DNA of 64,000 nucleotides, from assembly GCF_006345805.1 (NCBI RefSeq), contig NC_043013.1, positions 32,984,001-33,048,000 of the forward strand. The letters run 5' to 3'. The stretch is from Octopus sinensis. Lineage: Eukaryota. The notes under the pieces are model-generated. The model saw only the letters and a list, made by a program, of their open reading frames with translations. It made no database searches and was not told where the DNA came from. Every line of letters begins with the position of its first letter. Position 1 is the stretch's first letter. This document shows positions 28,138 to 41,835 of the stretch, in pieces. Both the position numbers and the translations under genes were made by a program.

Positions 28138-29034
28138 ACGAGGTATGCAGTGCACCACCAGATGGCAGCACACGGTTGCGAGCGCAATGAGCGCTAGCAG
28201 CAGTGACTTTCATGTGTAGAGCGACATCGCTGTGTTTACTTCACAAGTTGTGAATTTTTTGCTTTTGTGATCGCGTGTATGCTGTAGTCTGCGATTTTGT
28301 CATAGACAGGAACAAAGAGCCAACGCGAAATTTTGCGTTAAGCTTGCAACGTCTGCTACAGAGACATTGAGCATACGTTGGCAAGTTTATGGTGACGAAG
28401 AAGGGGGTCGTATGCAATGTTTCGGGTGGCATAGTCGCTTCAAAAGCGGAAGCACGTCCCTGGAAAACGATGACCGATCTAGAAGACTTGTCACGAGTGT
28501 CACCTCCAGGAGTGCGGTATTATGCATCGAGAATTCGTCCCCCGGGACTAGACTGTGAATCACAAATACAACTGAGAGGTTTTGTAGCGTTTGAGGGAGG
28601 ACATTTGGTGAAAGTGACCGGATCTGTGGAGCGCGAAGAACAGGGTTCTTTCCTATGACAATGCACCCTGTGACCGAGCTCTCATCACACTTAAGTTTCT
28701 CGCCAAAAACAATATGGTGTCGTTTCCGCACCCACATTGTTCACCAGATATAACACATGAGGACTTCCATTTCTTCCCCAAGATGAAAATGCAGCCCAAA
28801 GGTCATCGTTTTAACACTATTGTCGAGACCCAGAGCGAATCGCAGAAGGTTCTCGACTCGATTGGGGAAAAAAAGAATTCCAGGCCGGATTCCAATAGTG
28901 GGCAAGAACGCTGGGACCAATGTATTCCTGTGCAAGGTGACTATTTCGAAGGAGATGATGTTAAAACTTTGGTAAATAAGTTATATTTTTATGAAATATA
29001 TTTAGTCCGAGAACCTTTTGATCCCATTACCTAT
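28138..29034 (+). mobile_element. Internally deleted mariner (DD34D) transposon
   Basis: N-terminal KFCVKL..SATETLS..QVYGDE..CFGWHSRFKSG.TSLE.DDRS, deletion, then REFVPPG..YDNAPC..HPHCSPDI..DFHFFPKMK..KGHRF..RWDQCI..QGDYFEGD; TIR-like right end. Confidence 0.85.
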
Positions 29035-29042
29035 GTGTTTAT

Positions 29043-29352
29043 TGTCCAGGCACTAAATCCGCTACGACGACGTAGATTCCAGTTGATCCAATCAACGGAA
29101 CAGCCTGCTCGTGAAATTAACGTGCAAGTGGTTGAGCATTCCAGAGACACGCGTACACTTAAGGTAGTTGTTGGAGAGATGCAGCATGATACAGAATGTG
29201 ACAAGGTTGGCCCTTATGAATTACAGGTACAGTTCATTTTGACAGCTTAGTGAGCAGCAGCAAATTGAAATAAAGTATCTTGCTCAAGAACACAACGCAT
29301 CGCCGGGAATCGAACTCACGCCTATACGATTGTGAGCCGAATACCATAGTCA
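29043..29352 (-). mobile_element. SINE family C
   Basis: Reverse match to 3027-3334. Confidence 0.8.
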
Positions 29353-29394
29353 CTAAGTTACGCGCCTTCACCACCACCAAATTATATCTATATA

Positions 29395-29626
29395 TCTTAT
29401 TTCTTTATTGCCCACAAGGGGCTAAACATAGCGGAGACAAACAAGGACAGACAATGGATTAGGTCGAGTCCATCGACCTCAGTGCGTAACTGGTACTTAA
29501 CTTATAGATGCCGAAAGGATGGAAGGCAAAGTCGACCTCGCCGGAACTTGAATTCAGAACGTAAAGACAGACGAAATACCGCTTAGCATTTCGCCCGGCG
29601 TGCTAACGTTTGTGCCAGCTCGCCTT
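29395..29626 (-). mobile_element. SINE family B monomer with ...gccccttgtgggcaataaagaaata tail
   Basis: Head, body and tail all present once. Confidence 0.85.
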
Positions 29627-29639
29627 ATTTATATCTATA

Positions 29640-29753
29640 TATATATATACACATACATACATACATACATACATACATACATACATACATACATACATAC
29701 ATACATACGTACGTACGTACGTTCGTACATACATACATACATACATACATACA

Positions 29754-29845
<92 letters not shown>

Positions 29846-29993
29846 ATATATATTATATATATATGTGTGTGTGTGTGTGTATATTGTCCAGGCACTATGT
29901 CCATTACGACCACGGGTACTCCAGTTGATCCGATCAACGGAACAGCCTGCTCGTGAAATTATCGTGTAAGTGACAGCTAGCTAGCTAGCTAGC

Positions 29994-30062
<69 letters not shown>
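29640..30062. repeat. Compound (TACA)n/(TA)n/(GATA)n microsatellite with SINE C tail fragment at ~29883-29975
   Basis: Direct reading. Confidence 0.85.
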
Positions 30063-30064
<2 letters not shown>

Positions 30065-30712
30065 ACTGTTATACAGACACGCACATTCTAGTGTTACAGA
30101 TTATCATATGTAAGAGGAGAAGAATGAAAGCCAGTTGTAGATTTTTTCTAATTCAACGGAATTCCTTGTATTGCTTCGTGAATTACAAATCCTTAACTTC
30201 CTCAGGCGAACGTGTGAAGTTCGCCTGATGAATACAGTGATGTGACACACTTTGTCTCTCTCTCACTCTTTATTTCTTTCTGTGTCCCCTCTCTCTCTGT
30301 ATGGCTACTTCGCCGTCATCTTCTTTCTCATACTCCCTCCCTCGCTCATTTCATCGCATCCCTCCTTCGCATACATGTTAGTAAGTTATTAATCAAATGA
30401 AGTTTCATATTAGTTAACAAAATGTTTATTTTAAAACACACCAAAACTATGATGTATATATATATATATATTATATATATATATATATATATTTATGTAT
30501 GCAAAAGACGTGTTGTATGTGTATGTGCGCGTGTGTGCGTGTGTACCTATATATATATGTAATTAAATTTATTTCCCTTGTATATATCTATCTTTATTCA
30601 CCTATGTTTACCTTTGTTTGTACATGTATATACATGTGTTTATGTATACAAATATATGAACTGATATTCAAAGACACACATACATACATACATGCATACA
30701 TACATACATACA

Positions 30713-30776
<64 letters not shown>

Positions 30777-31074
30777 TATATATATATATGCTTGTACGTA
30801 TGTATGTATGCACATATGAACATGTACATACAGATACTCACACATACACACACACAGCTTCACACACAATATAATTATCATTGAAGAATACGAAAAATTT
30901 TACCGCACTCATTTGGGGTAATATCGCGGGAGTAATTCCAAACTTTAATCCAATTAGCTATTCTTTCTTCTGAAACAGCTTAACTCAATTACGAACTCTG
31001 ATTGGTAAAATCACACAAGCGTATACACACATGAATATATTACCAAGCTATACAAGAATATACACATATTCTTT

Positions 31075-31478
31075 TCTACTCAAGGCACAAGACCCGGAAG
31101 TTTTGTGGAAGTGGCCGATCGATTAGATCGACCCCAGTACGTAACTGGTACTTAATTTATCGACCCCGAGAGGATGAAAATCAAAGTCGACGTCGGTGGA
31201 ATTTGAACTCAGAACGTAAAGACAGATGAAGTACCTATTTCTTTACTACCCACAAGGGGCTAAACACAGGGTGGGGGGGTGGGGGCAAACAAGGACAGAT
31301 AAAAGGATTAAGTCGATTATATCGACCCCAGTGCGTAACTGGTACTTATTTAATCGACCCCGAAAGAATGAAAGGCAAAGTCGACCTCGGCGGAATTTGA
31401 ACTCACAACGTAGCGACAGACGAACTACCGCTAAGAATTTCGCCCGGCGTGTTAAGGTTTCTACCAGCTCGCCGCCTT
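31075..31478 (-). mobile_element. SINE family B head-to-tail dimer
   Basis: Tail ...aaagaaata joins back to internal ggta(c)ttc.tctgtc at 31235/31236. Confidence 0.8.
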
Positions 31479-31499
31479 ACACACATGAATATATAAACT

Positions 31500-31830
31500 T
31501 AGACTTAGATAAACTTAGATATGTTTCGACCAAAGATTGGTCCAGGCCATGTCTAACTTAATAGCACTACCTGATAGGATTATTCGAATCCTGTTTAAGT
31601 CAAGTTTTGTTCAAGTAGTGAGTTCTTGTTGGGTGAGTTGTATCCAATTATGGGTGGCTTATCTGGTATTCTTTGAAGGAAGCTATCCAGACTCTGTTTA
31701 AAGTTGATGGGATCCTTTTCCTCTTTGATCTCCCTCGGGACAATGTTAAATAGGGTAGGGCCTGTTGAGGAAAAGAAATTATGCTGCAGTGTACATGTAT
31801 GTTGTGATCTTGAATTGGGCAGGGGACGTA
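31500..31830 (-). pseudogene. CR1/L2-group-like LINE 3' end
   Basis: FFSSTGPTLFNIVPREIKEEKDPINFKQSLDSFLQRIPDKPPIIGYNSPNKNSLLE*, followed by a short repetitive tail. Confidence 0.7.
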
Positions 31831-33403
31831 TAACTTTAAAAAAAAAAAAAATTAGAGTGTGATTTCAAAGAGTTAGATTTGACGTTACAGCTTCGAATCT
31901 TGCACTTAGTCGATCTGATGACTAAAACGGCGTAAAGAAATAGATAACCTATGAATGATATGTCAATTGCTGAGACAGGACGTTCATTGATTATCGACAT
32001 CATTGATTCAGAAAAAAATAATGAAACAAACTGCACTGCAATGGCTTCAGTTATGGCTCAGATTATGGAGGAACTTTTCGCCTTTAAAAACGAAATATTG
32101 TTTAATAATGCAGCATGTTTTTATTTTTACACTGTCAAGTTTTTGCACTTTAATTATTTAGCAGTAAGCTGAGAAATGTCCCACTCTGGCTTAAATGCTT
32201 TAATCTATGCAAAGGATGTTGACAAAAAAGAAATTATCGACTGTTTGGCAAGAGGTTCAACACTTTCGTCCAAGACATTTTTGTTTAATCAAACTGTAGT
32301 TCTTCAGAAGCCATGTTAAGTTCTTATATCTTGAGTCGACATCGCAAACCAATCTCTATGACAAACAATTAAAAAAAATAATTCAACGTCTAAACGGTAG
32401 AACTTCCAGCTTGTGATTTCCTAAAAGTCTCAAAAAATTGAATGAAGAATTAATATGTATAAAATGTATAATTAATATAATTGAGTCACACAACAAGATA
32501 AACAATAGAAGTAACTACTTCTATAACTGGAACCCGATATTCATTTTGTTTTTGAAATCTATCAATTATTTTACTTGCATTGAAAACTTACCTGCTACAG
32601 AAACACTAAATCCTTATAAAAGGAACTGCTCTGTGTACAACCTATTGGTCATTCTCTACATTACTTTTTACATAATTATCTTTGTAATGAGCTGGTCAAA
32701 TATGTGGTGTTAGTCGCTACCATTAGTTCTTTCTGGTATTTCAACAATCATACACTCACAAAATAAAAATTCAATTGCAGCTTATCAAACCCCAGCTTGT
32801 GTCCAAGTAACACTTCTCCAGATAGCATTACCCATTTAGACCGCTTGTCTTCTGATCCGCTCACACCTTGCGGCAACTTCTGTTCAGTTGCTATGTTGAT
32901 AACATTTATGCTATGGAGTTAACATACGATACAATTATAAATACTGCCATAGATTTTTGGTCAAAACAAACCTGCAATACACAAGCTTCCTGTCCATCTA
33001 AGAAAGATCGATAGTAGAAGATTTCATATATTTCCTATCATATAAAGAATAGATAATTTATACAAACACACACAAACAAACACAGTAAGAAAGAAAGAGA
33101 GAGACAGACAGAGAGAGAGAGAGAGAAACAAAGTAGGTACATGTGTATGTGTGTGCTAGAGTAGGTGTGTAGATGTATATATCATCTGGTGTTTTCAATC
33201 ATTCAATCTTTATATAGATATAAATGTGTACGTGTCTGTCTAGATTTATATATATGTATAAATAAATATGCATGTGTTATGTGTGTATGTGTGTGTGAGT
33301 GTGTATGGATAGGGATGTACATCTATCTTTATATATGTTTGAATATGTGTATGTACGCATGTATACAAATACAAACATGTGCATATATGCATATATATGT
33401 AAC

Positions 33404-33437
<34 letters not shown>

Positions 33438-34045
33438 ATATATATATATATACAGAAAGAAAAAGAGAGAGGAAGAGAGAGAGAGAGAGACGTATACATA
33501 CAGACCTGTTCATGGGGTGTGTCTATACGCATGTACATGAGCACGCGCACGTGTGAGCCGTCTATCTTAAGGCTGGATAATGTATCGTTGTGAAATTAAC
33601 AGTAAGTTCTCAATATCAAGCAGAATTCAATTAGATCCAGCGAAGGTGTTTGTTAATCAGATTTAACATTCAATAATTCACGCCAGCTTCCCTTATTAAT
33701 ACAATTAGGTAACCGTTAATGTGTTACAAAGACGAACATTTCATTGCACTTATATTTCCATAACGCTCTTAGCTTCATCTCAAAACGACTGCCTATCTAC
33801 CCATTTTTGCATTTTCCCAGCTATCTTCCTAATTATCAGCCTCCGTACGAACCTAGTTAACTACCTACCCTACCTACCTACATAACTACGTACATCCCTA
33901 ATTTTCTAAGTACATACATACCTACATAGACCTATATATATGCACAAAGGTATGTGTTCACATCCATACATACACACATACATACATACATACATACAAC
34001 TATATCGCGATGTATATTTATCTATCTATCTATGTATCTATGTTC

Positions 34046-34076
<31 letters not shown>

Positions 34077-34077
34077 C

Positions 34078-34131
<54 letters not shown>

Positions 34132-34188
34132 ATATATATACACATACATATATGTTATGTATATATGATGTATATGTATGTGTATACG

Positions 34189-34221
<33 letters not shown>

Positions 34222-34784
34222 TATATATATATATATATATATACTTATATATACATATATACATACACAAATATTTGCACGTATGTATATATAACATATA
34301 TATATGTCAGCTGTACGCAGTATATTATTAGAAAATAACTAACAAAGAAGAGAGGACGTATATCGTCATTTTCAGTATCCAAGAATACACATTTTGCTTG
34401 ATTCTAACTCACTATTGGTGTGCCCGTAGAATTATAGACATTTTGGTGATATTCGTGTTTTGGGGACAAGAGTAATGCTCTATTATCAAGATGAATATCA
34501 TATCTTCTATAATGAAACTATATACGACATGCATTCCATTTAAGACGTGTTACATCTGTAGAGGGAACGGTGTAGGAAAATTGTCACACATTTACATTAA
34601 ATTTCTTTCCTTCGTTCGTTTGCTGGTAGGCAGTTAGTCGATGTAGACCGATAATATATTCAGAAGATATGCATAGATTGTTTCGGTATAAGCATTCGTC
34701 TGACCCTAAGGAATATTCAATGTTGCTATGTAGATTTTCCATCGCGAACCTGTTATGGAGAATATTGTTTGCACCGAGAAGAAA

Positions 34785-35030
34785 ACAGATGGTGGAATCG
34801 GTTGAAAGACGTGTTATGTAGTCACATCTTGAGTTATTTAGTCAACACATTTTACATGCTGGGTTCAAGTTCAATCAAAGTTGACGTCACCTTTCTTCTT
34901 TCTTCTGACATCGTTCAAATTATTGTATTGGGGGGTCACTTTAATTAGCTGTTATTTATCCACGAAAAAAATTTCGCTTATGAAAATGGTGGAATAAGAT
35001 GCATACCAACGGAAGCATTTAGCTACACTT
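34785..35030 (+). mobile_element. SINE family B, old and diverged
   Basis: gggttcaagttcaatc..gttgacgtcacctttc; weak match. Confidence 0.5.
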
Positions 35031-35511
35031 CGTCCCTTGATGAATTCAAATTTCGTCGTAAATCTGCTGGCCGCTAAAATAAATTTAAGTGTAGTACTAA
35101 GGTCGATAAAATCGATCACATCCTTCTATAAAATGTGTAGTATTGTGCATAAATTATATAATTACCAAACTTTCCGTATTGCCGAAGATTTTCGTTGGAT
35201 TCCAGACGGTTTCATAAAATAAATGTTGCAATTGCCATAATTAATATGTGAATTGTTGAGGAGTGTATGGAAAAAGTTGCTGATTTTGAACCAGAATCTG
35301 CTCTGATCAAAGAGAAGGATTTTGATCACCACCATCTCATCTTTTTTTTCTAATATATTCTGTCTACACTATGCGAATTGTTCTTTCTTCTAGAGCGAGA
35401 TTTGGCTGCTATTTGTAACAGGTTTGTTATCCAGGTAGAAACGTTTACCTTGTCTGATATATGTTTGAATAGGATAAGCTCCGACGTACTTTATAATGTT
35501 ACAACTGTCTT

Positions 35512-35856
35512 ATTTCTTTATAGCCTACAAGGGGCTAAACATAGAGGGGACAAACAGGAACAGACAAAGGGGTTAAGTCGATTACATCGACCCCAGTGCA
35601 TAACTGGTACTTAATTTATTGACCCCCGAAAGGATGAATAGCAAAGTCGACCTTGGCGGAATTTGAACGTAACGGCAGACGAAATACCTATTTCTTTATT
35701 ACCCACAAGGGGCTAAACACAGAGGGGACAAACAAGGACAGACATAGGTATTAAGTCGATTACATCGACCCCAGTACGTAACTGGTATTTCGGCAGACGA
35801 AATACCGTTAAGCATTTCATCCGGCGTGCTAACGATTGTGCCAGATTGCCGCCTTG
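35512..35856 (-). mobile_element. SINE family B head-to-tail dimer
   Basis: Same aaagaaata|ggtatttcgtctg junction, at 35688/35689. Confidence 0.8.
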
Positions 35857-36729
35857 TTACAACCGTCTTGCCTCAGACCAGAGGAATATATATATAGAGC
35901 ACTTCCGACTGTAATAACAAACACTTATGATAGTTGAGAATGATGTTAAGCGATAGGTTTTAAGTGACATCCACCATAGAGTATCCATTAATGACTAGAT
36001 TGCTCCAGAGTCTATATTCAGAAGTCAGGTCAACAGGGGCAATGTTGAGTAAAGCATAAAATCTTTTGTCCAGAAATACCAAAAACGGCCAAAGATCAGA
36101 AAGTCTAGCACTGTAACAAGTTGACCACTTCATTGCACATCACAGTGTAACGTACCTCCATTTCATCAAATAATTATAGCTGTAGCTAAAGTAAGATTTC
36201 TCTGTCTGGCAAATATTGCCTGCGGCTTTTATGTAAAAATTTACATACTCAAAGAATGAAATATATACTATATAGATTTATACAAATAGTTATATAAGAT
36301 ATACGAGCTATATAACTTAATTACTTATGTATCAACCTAAACACAGACGTAATTATCTACTCATATAATTGCTACTTAATAACCTAATTAGCTACACATA
36401 TATCATTCTATCTACTTACACGTCTGTCTTTCTACCGTGTCTGTATATCACATATAATGGTTTTTATCATTATATGTACACACAGGCGTACGCACACATA
36501 CACACACACACTCACTCACTCATACACACATACCCACACATAAGTGAAATTTAAAATATATCCTCAACTAAATACCTACAGCAATATTGTAAATAAGAAA
36601 ATAAATATAATATGAGAAATATTTAAGGACGATAACAAAATTAGCCATTAAAATTTTGGCTCCTTTTAAATACTTTTTTATTCACACACAATCATACAGC
36701 ACTGTTTAGCACTCAGATTGATAATGCAT

Positions 36730-36810
<81 letters not shown>

Positions 36811-39044
36811 TGTGTGTGTGCGTGTGTGTGTGTGAGAGTGTGTGTATCTGTGTAAATCACGCCTCATAAGAACACTTAATATTCTCATCCTTGTCCACAT
36901 ACAATACACTTGAGAAAGAAATACATAGAATAAAACACTAATTAACCACAGGTTTTCCAATAGAATAGTGAACCAAGGTATAGAATAATATAGACAGAAA
37001 TATGATAGCGTATACATGCCAAAGAATACATTTAATACAAATATACTAACTTTGCACAAAATCTATTACCTTAAGCAAATCATAAGCGTACGATTTAAAC
37101 TCACATAGAACCTAACGCAAAATGAGTCAAACCCTTCAGCATTTATAGGTACCAAATCCTCTCACACTACAATGCCATTCTAGAAATAAATAATCACATC
37201 GTTGAAATCTCAAAACTATAAGATTATGCATGATTACTTCAAAACAGTGTGAATAAATAAGCATTACATGTGACAGAGAAATCTACATGCTTAAGGGTTG
37301 AACTAATAATACACCATAAAACAGCAAAAGTAAAAAAAAACATTTATCGGTAATACTCCACGTGCATTTGAGCGTGAGATCCCACTGAGTGTGACCAACG
37401 GGGTCTATAAAACCAACTGTAAAACTGAACGATGCAAACTTCAGGACATTAACTGTTACATTAGGCACGCCAGGACGACACTTTCAGATAGGCACGTCAC
37501 GGATGCATTGCAAAAAAATACAACACAGTGCAAAGCAAAAATAGATAGGAAAATATGTGAGGATTGACACATATTTTATAATATTGTACTCTAAGACACA
37601 ACATTAATTATGAAAGCCCTAATCATATTGCAATACAATCCTGAAATTAACACGTAAACGCATTGAAAAATTAACACGTGGCCATTGACATAAAACACAA
37701 CTAATGCTGGAAATATGAATGCGACAAAGAAATAAACACATCACTGCTAAAGCATGTTCTAACGGTAAAAGGAAAACATCTGTCGGGAAAGACTACACGA
37801 ATTCAATGAGCGTGTAGGAAACAATACATCTTGCAACTTGAAACTATGACTGTGAATTTCTGGAAACGTCGACTGAAGATTTAAGAACTGTATTTTTGCA
37901 AACTAATTGTAAGAAGTTAGTAAGAAAATTTGCAAGATCTCAAATGAAAATAAAATAAAATTTGAACTTAGCAGTGCACTTAATGAGCTACGAATAGAAT
38001 GGCTGTCCTCACCTATGTCTGTATCTATGTATGTACGAATGTATGTATGGGTATGTGAGTATGTATAAATGTATATACCTATGAAAACATAGAACGGGAA
38101 GTTGAGAATGTGTGTATAACAACATTTAGGAAAACGATTTATACTGAACATGAAATAGTCATTCACATTTAAAAGAGTATTCTTTGAAGTTGTTTCTATA
38201 TGTTACAATGTGTGCGTGTGTGTCTGTGTGTGTGTCTGCGTATGTATATACGAATATGTGTGTAAGTGTGTTTATGTAAACACTTAATTGCAGGTGCAGC
38301 CTTGTCACTGAGTGTTTCATTGATTTCACCTGAGAATTACATGAAGGCTGTACATGTGTCCGCAATATATTTTTTGTCGGAGAAACCTCTCAAAGGAATT
38401 CGTAAGGTAAAATACACACGACGCGTTCAGAATATCTACGGATAGCTTCCATTAAATATGGCTTCACACAATTAGTGCCGATTCTGTATTTATTGCAATT
38501 GTTATACACTTCAGTATTTTAATCATATGCCCTCCCAAGTACGCATATTAATCTAATTATAACATGGCTTACTTTCGGACAAATCCGTAAATGTTTTGCT
38601 TATCGATTTCTGTATTGGAAATGATATTTTACCGCTTAGCTCAGAATGACCAGACATGCTCATCACTGAAGAGAGAGATTGTGTCGAAACACCGGATCAT
38701 AATGATAACTTAGAATGATTGCTCAGAATATTGATGACAGATAGCCATCAATATTCTGTGTAATTACACCTTATTTTCAACATACAAGCTCTTTTGAGAG
38801 TCTTCTCCGCGAGGAAATATGCTAGCAAGAGTTGTTCTACGTACATATGAACATTACATATATTATTCACAGCAATATGATACTTTTAATTGTCGAGAAT
38901 ATTTATTCTGCGATACAGAGGCAACAGATTAAAAGATGTACGAGTCTATGAGATTTGATCTTAAGACTTTATGTGACCATGACATTCTATACCATATATT
39001 AAAATCTCCAAATTTCCTGCCATTCGTCTGCACTTACATTTCAC

Positions 39045-39058
39045 TAATAATAATAATA

Positions 39059-39129
<71 letters not shown>

Positions 39130-39130
39130 G
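39045..39130. repeat. (TAA)n microsatellite
   Basis: Direct reading. Confidence 0.95.
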
Positions 39131-40090
39131 GATGATGATTACGACAGTAACAATGATATTTATATCAAAAGAATGGTTGTTGAAAAGAGGAAGAAAATAT
39201 ATGTTGAGAAGAGTTTTTTTTTTCTCTTCGTTCAGAATTAAATGATTTTTCTTCCGAAACTTTTAATCCCGGCAGCCCAGAGGAAATATAACTCTCTCTT
39301 GAATAACAAATATTTCCATGATGCGTTGTTGCCAGAAAAATACACACGGATGTGTTCTAAAACATAGTGAAAAGATTGTGTAAGCAAAATCAACTAAAAA
39401 CAAACATATAAACACTATGAATCGGCGAAAGTAACAATAAAAAAACTATTAGAACTACAATTACAACTACTATACAAAAGAATCAGGAAACAATGAAACA
39501 ATGAGTGTAAATTAAAAAAAATATATACATAGTTACATAGACATACACTCAAGCATATACACGTACAAATATATTCATATACAAATGTTAATAATATCAT
39601 TATTATTATTTTTTACTATATTATAATAATAAAGTAAATAACAGGAAGCTATACACATATATTTTATAATACTCTTTTGAAACGAATATCCAACATAATC
39701 TTTGATTTGTTCTTCTATTTCTTATTGATAAGTAATTTCTGTATTTTCTGTCTTCCATGTTGACCAAAAATGGCGGCATGTTTCGGCACTGTTCAAATTA
39801 TGTACATAGTCTGCCGGAAAAAGGAAAGTAATAAATAAACAAATAAGTAAATAAAAATTGAACATAGGAATAAATAATGCAGCAAAAAAAAAAAGAAAAG
39901 AAAGAAAACAAACCCACGATCACAATGCAAAAGACAAACAGAAACAAATCAACAATCTTCAAAAGAAGAAACTGAATCACATCTAACGAACTTGTAAAGC
40001 AAAAATTTAGTTGTGTTTACGCCCTAAGATATGCAAAAAAGAGAAGACATACAGCCGCACAGATATACACAGACACATATGTATAGACTC

Positions 40091-40159
<69 letters not shown>

Positions 40160-40639
40160 AGTTTGGAAAATGCATTAGCATATCAGCAGAAAATTCTGTT
40201 TATTTTTATGGAGAATAAAGACTATTGTTGCAAGCTAAACTCATTCGAAAACGAAGTTTTCGTAAAATAATAATAACGACAATAATAGATATGGCAAAAG
40301 TAATGACATTAATAATAATAATAGCACAAATCGTTTATTTATTAGCAAAATGGAGACGGATAAAGGGGCTTTACTAACAAATAACAATGAAAAATGTTTT
40401 ATAAGAACGTTAAGAACAACAATGACAATGAAACCATTGATGATAATAGTTTGAAATTTATGAAGAAGGCCAAAAATTTGGCGACGTGGGAGTACAGATG
40501 GTTAGTTAATACCATCGAATCTAGTACTGCTTTTTCTGTCGTTACCGGAGGATGGACAACTTTGGCGGGAATTGAAGTTCAGTAGTAAATACCGCAAGGG
40601 AATTCTTGTATCTTTTTTGCAATTTTGCCTTATGTATGA

Positions 40640-41073
40640 TTTCGTACTCTGATCAGGATGACCCTGATCCTGGCAAAGAACTTCTTCGATACCAGGACTA
40701 TTCGCAGGATTGTGAGGTTACAATTAATCATATTTCGTATCCAACCTTCGGCTCCACACAGATACTGGAATGTTTCCTGTTATTTGTATCATACGGGAGC
40801 ATCAGGCCAGACTACTCGATTTTCTGAGTAGACCCTACTTACTGTGTTCTCTTCACTGAGGATCCGGCTGGGTTGACGGCTCGTGTTGATCGATCACATG
40901 CCACGTGGTTACGGCAGATGAGGAGGTATCTTGCAGAGATGGGGATTGGTTGGAACTCTGCTCGAAGTGCCGCCCGGGAGGACCCGGGATTCTTCTGGCA
41001 AACGATGAATGCAGCAACGCGCTGGAACGGCGCATGACCCCAGAACTAATCTTGTCTAATTTCAATCTACCGG

Positions 41074-41105
<32 letters not shown>
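40640..41105 (+). pseudogene. RTE-like LINE 3' end with (TAC)n tail
   Basis: FDTRTIRRIV...SNLRLHTDTGM...IIREHQARL...RSHATWLRQMRRYLAEMGIGW..A..DP...NAATRWNGA*, then ggactactactac. Confidence 0.75.
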
Positions 41106-41106
<1 letters not shown>

Positions 41107-41311
41107 GCCAACAGCCTTCCGGTGACCATAAGGGTGTAAAACATTTTTTGTTGGATGCGAATACTATGTACCTTTGGTAAGAGCCAACAATGGCAAAAAT
41201 AGATGACCTAGTTTTATATATCAGAATAAGGAATGGAAGAAGAAGATGCGTATATACATGCACATATATACAAAAATATGCGTGCACACTAGTAAGAGCA
41301 TACTCATATAT

Positions 41312-41353
<42 letters not shown>

Positions 41354-41690
41354 CATACATACATACATACATATGTGTGCATGAGTGCGTGCGAGTGTGT
41401 GTATATGAATTTATATGTATATATGTGTGTGGATATGTATATATAGGTATATATATCGATGTATTTGAATTCATATATACACATTTACACACACATATAT
41501 ATTTTCTTCTATTCTTTTACTGTTTTACGTATTTCAATCATTTGACTGCTGCCATGCTGGAAAACCGACTTGATTTGTGTATTTTCATATGTATGCATCT
41601 ATGTATGTAAGCGTGTATGCATTTATGTATGTACCTATCTATCTCTATATGTGCGTATATAGGTATATCTACATATCTACATATATATAT

Positions 41691-41741
<51 letters not shown>

Positions 41742-41754
41742 ATATATATATATA

Positions 41755-41835
<81 letters not shown>

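Noticed and set aside
31951-32172. 73-aa ORF in unique-looking DNA
   Set aside because: No recognisable domain or supporting splice sites.
38662-38706. CTGAAGA...GAAA hammerhead-like motif
   Set aside because: Stems II and III do not pair adequately.
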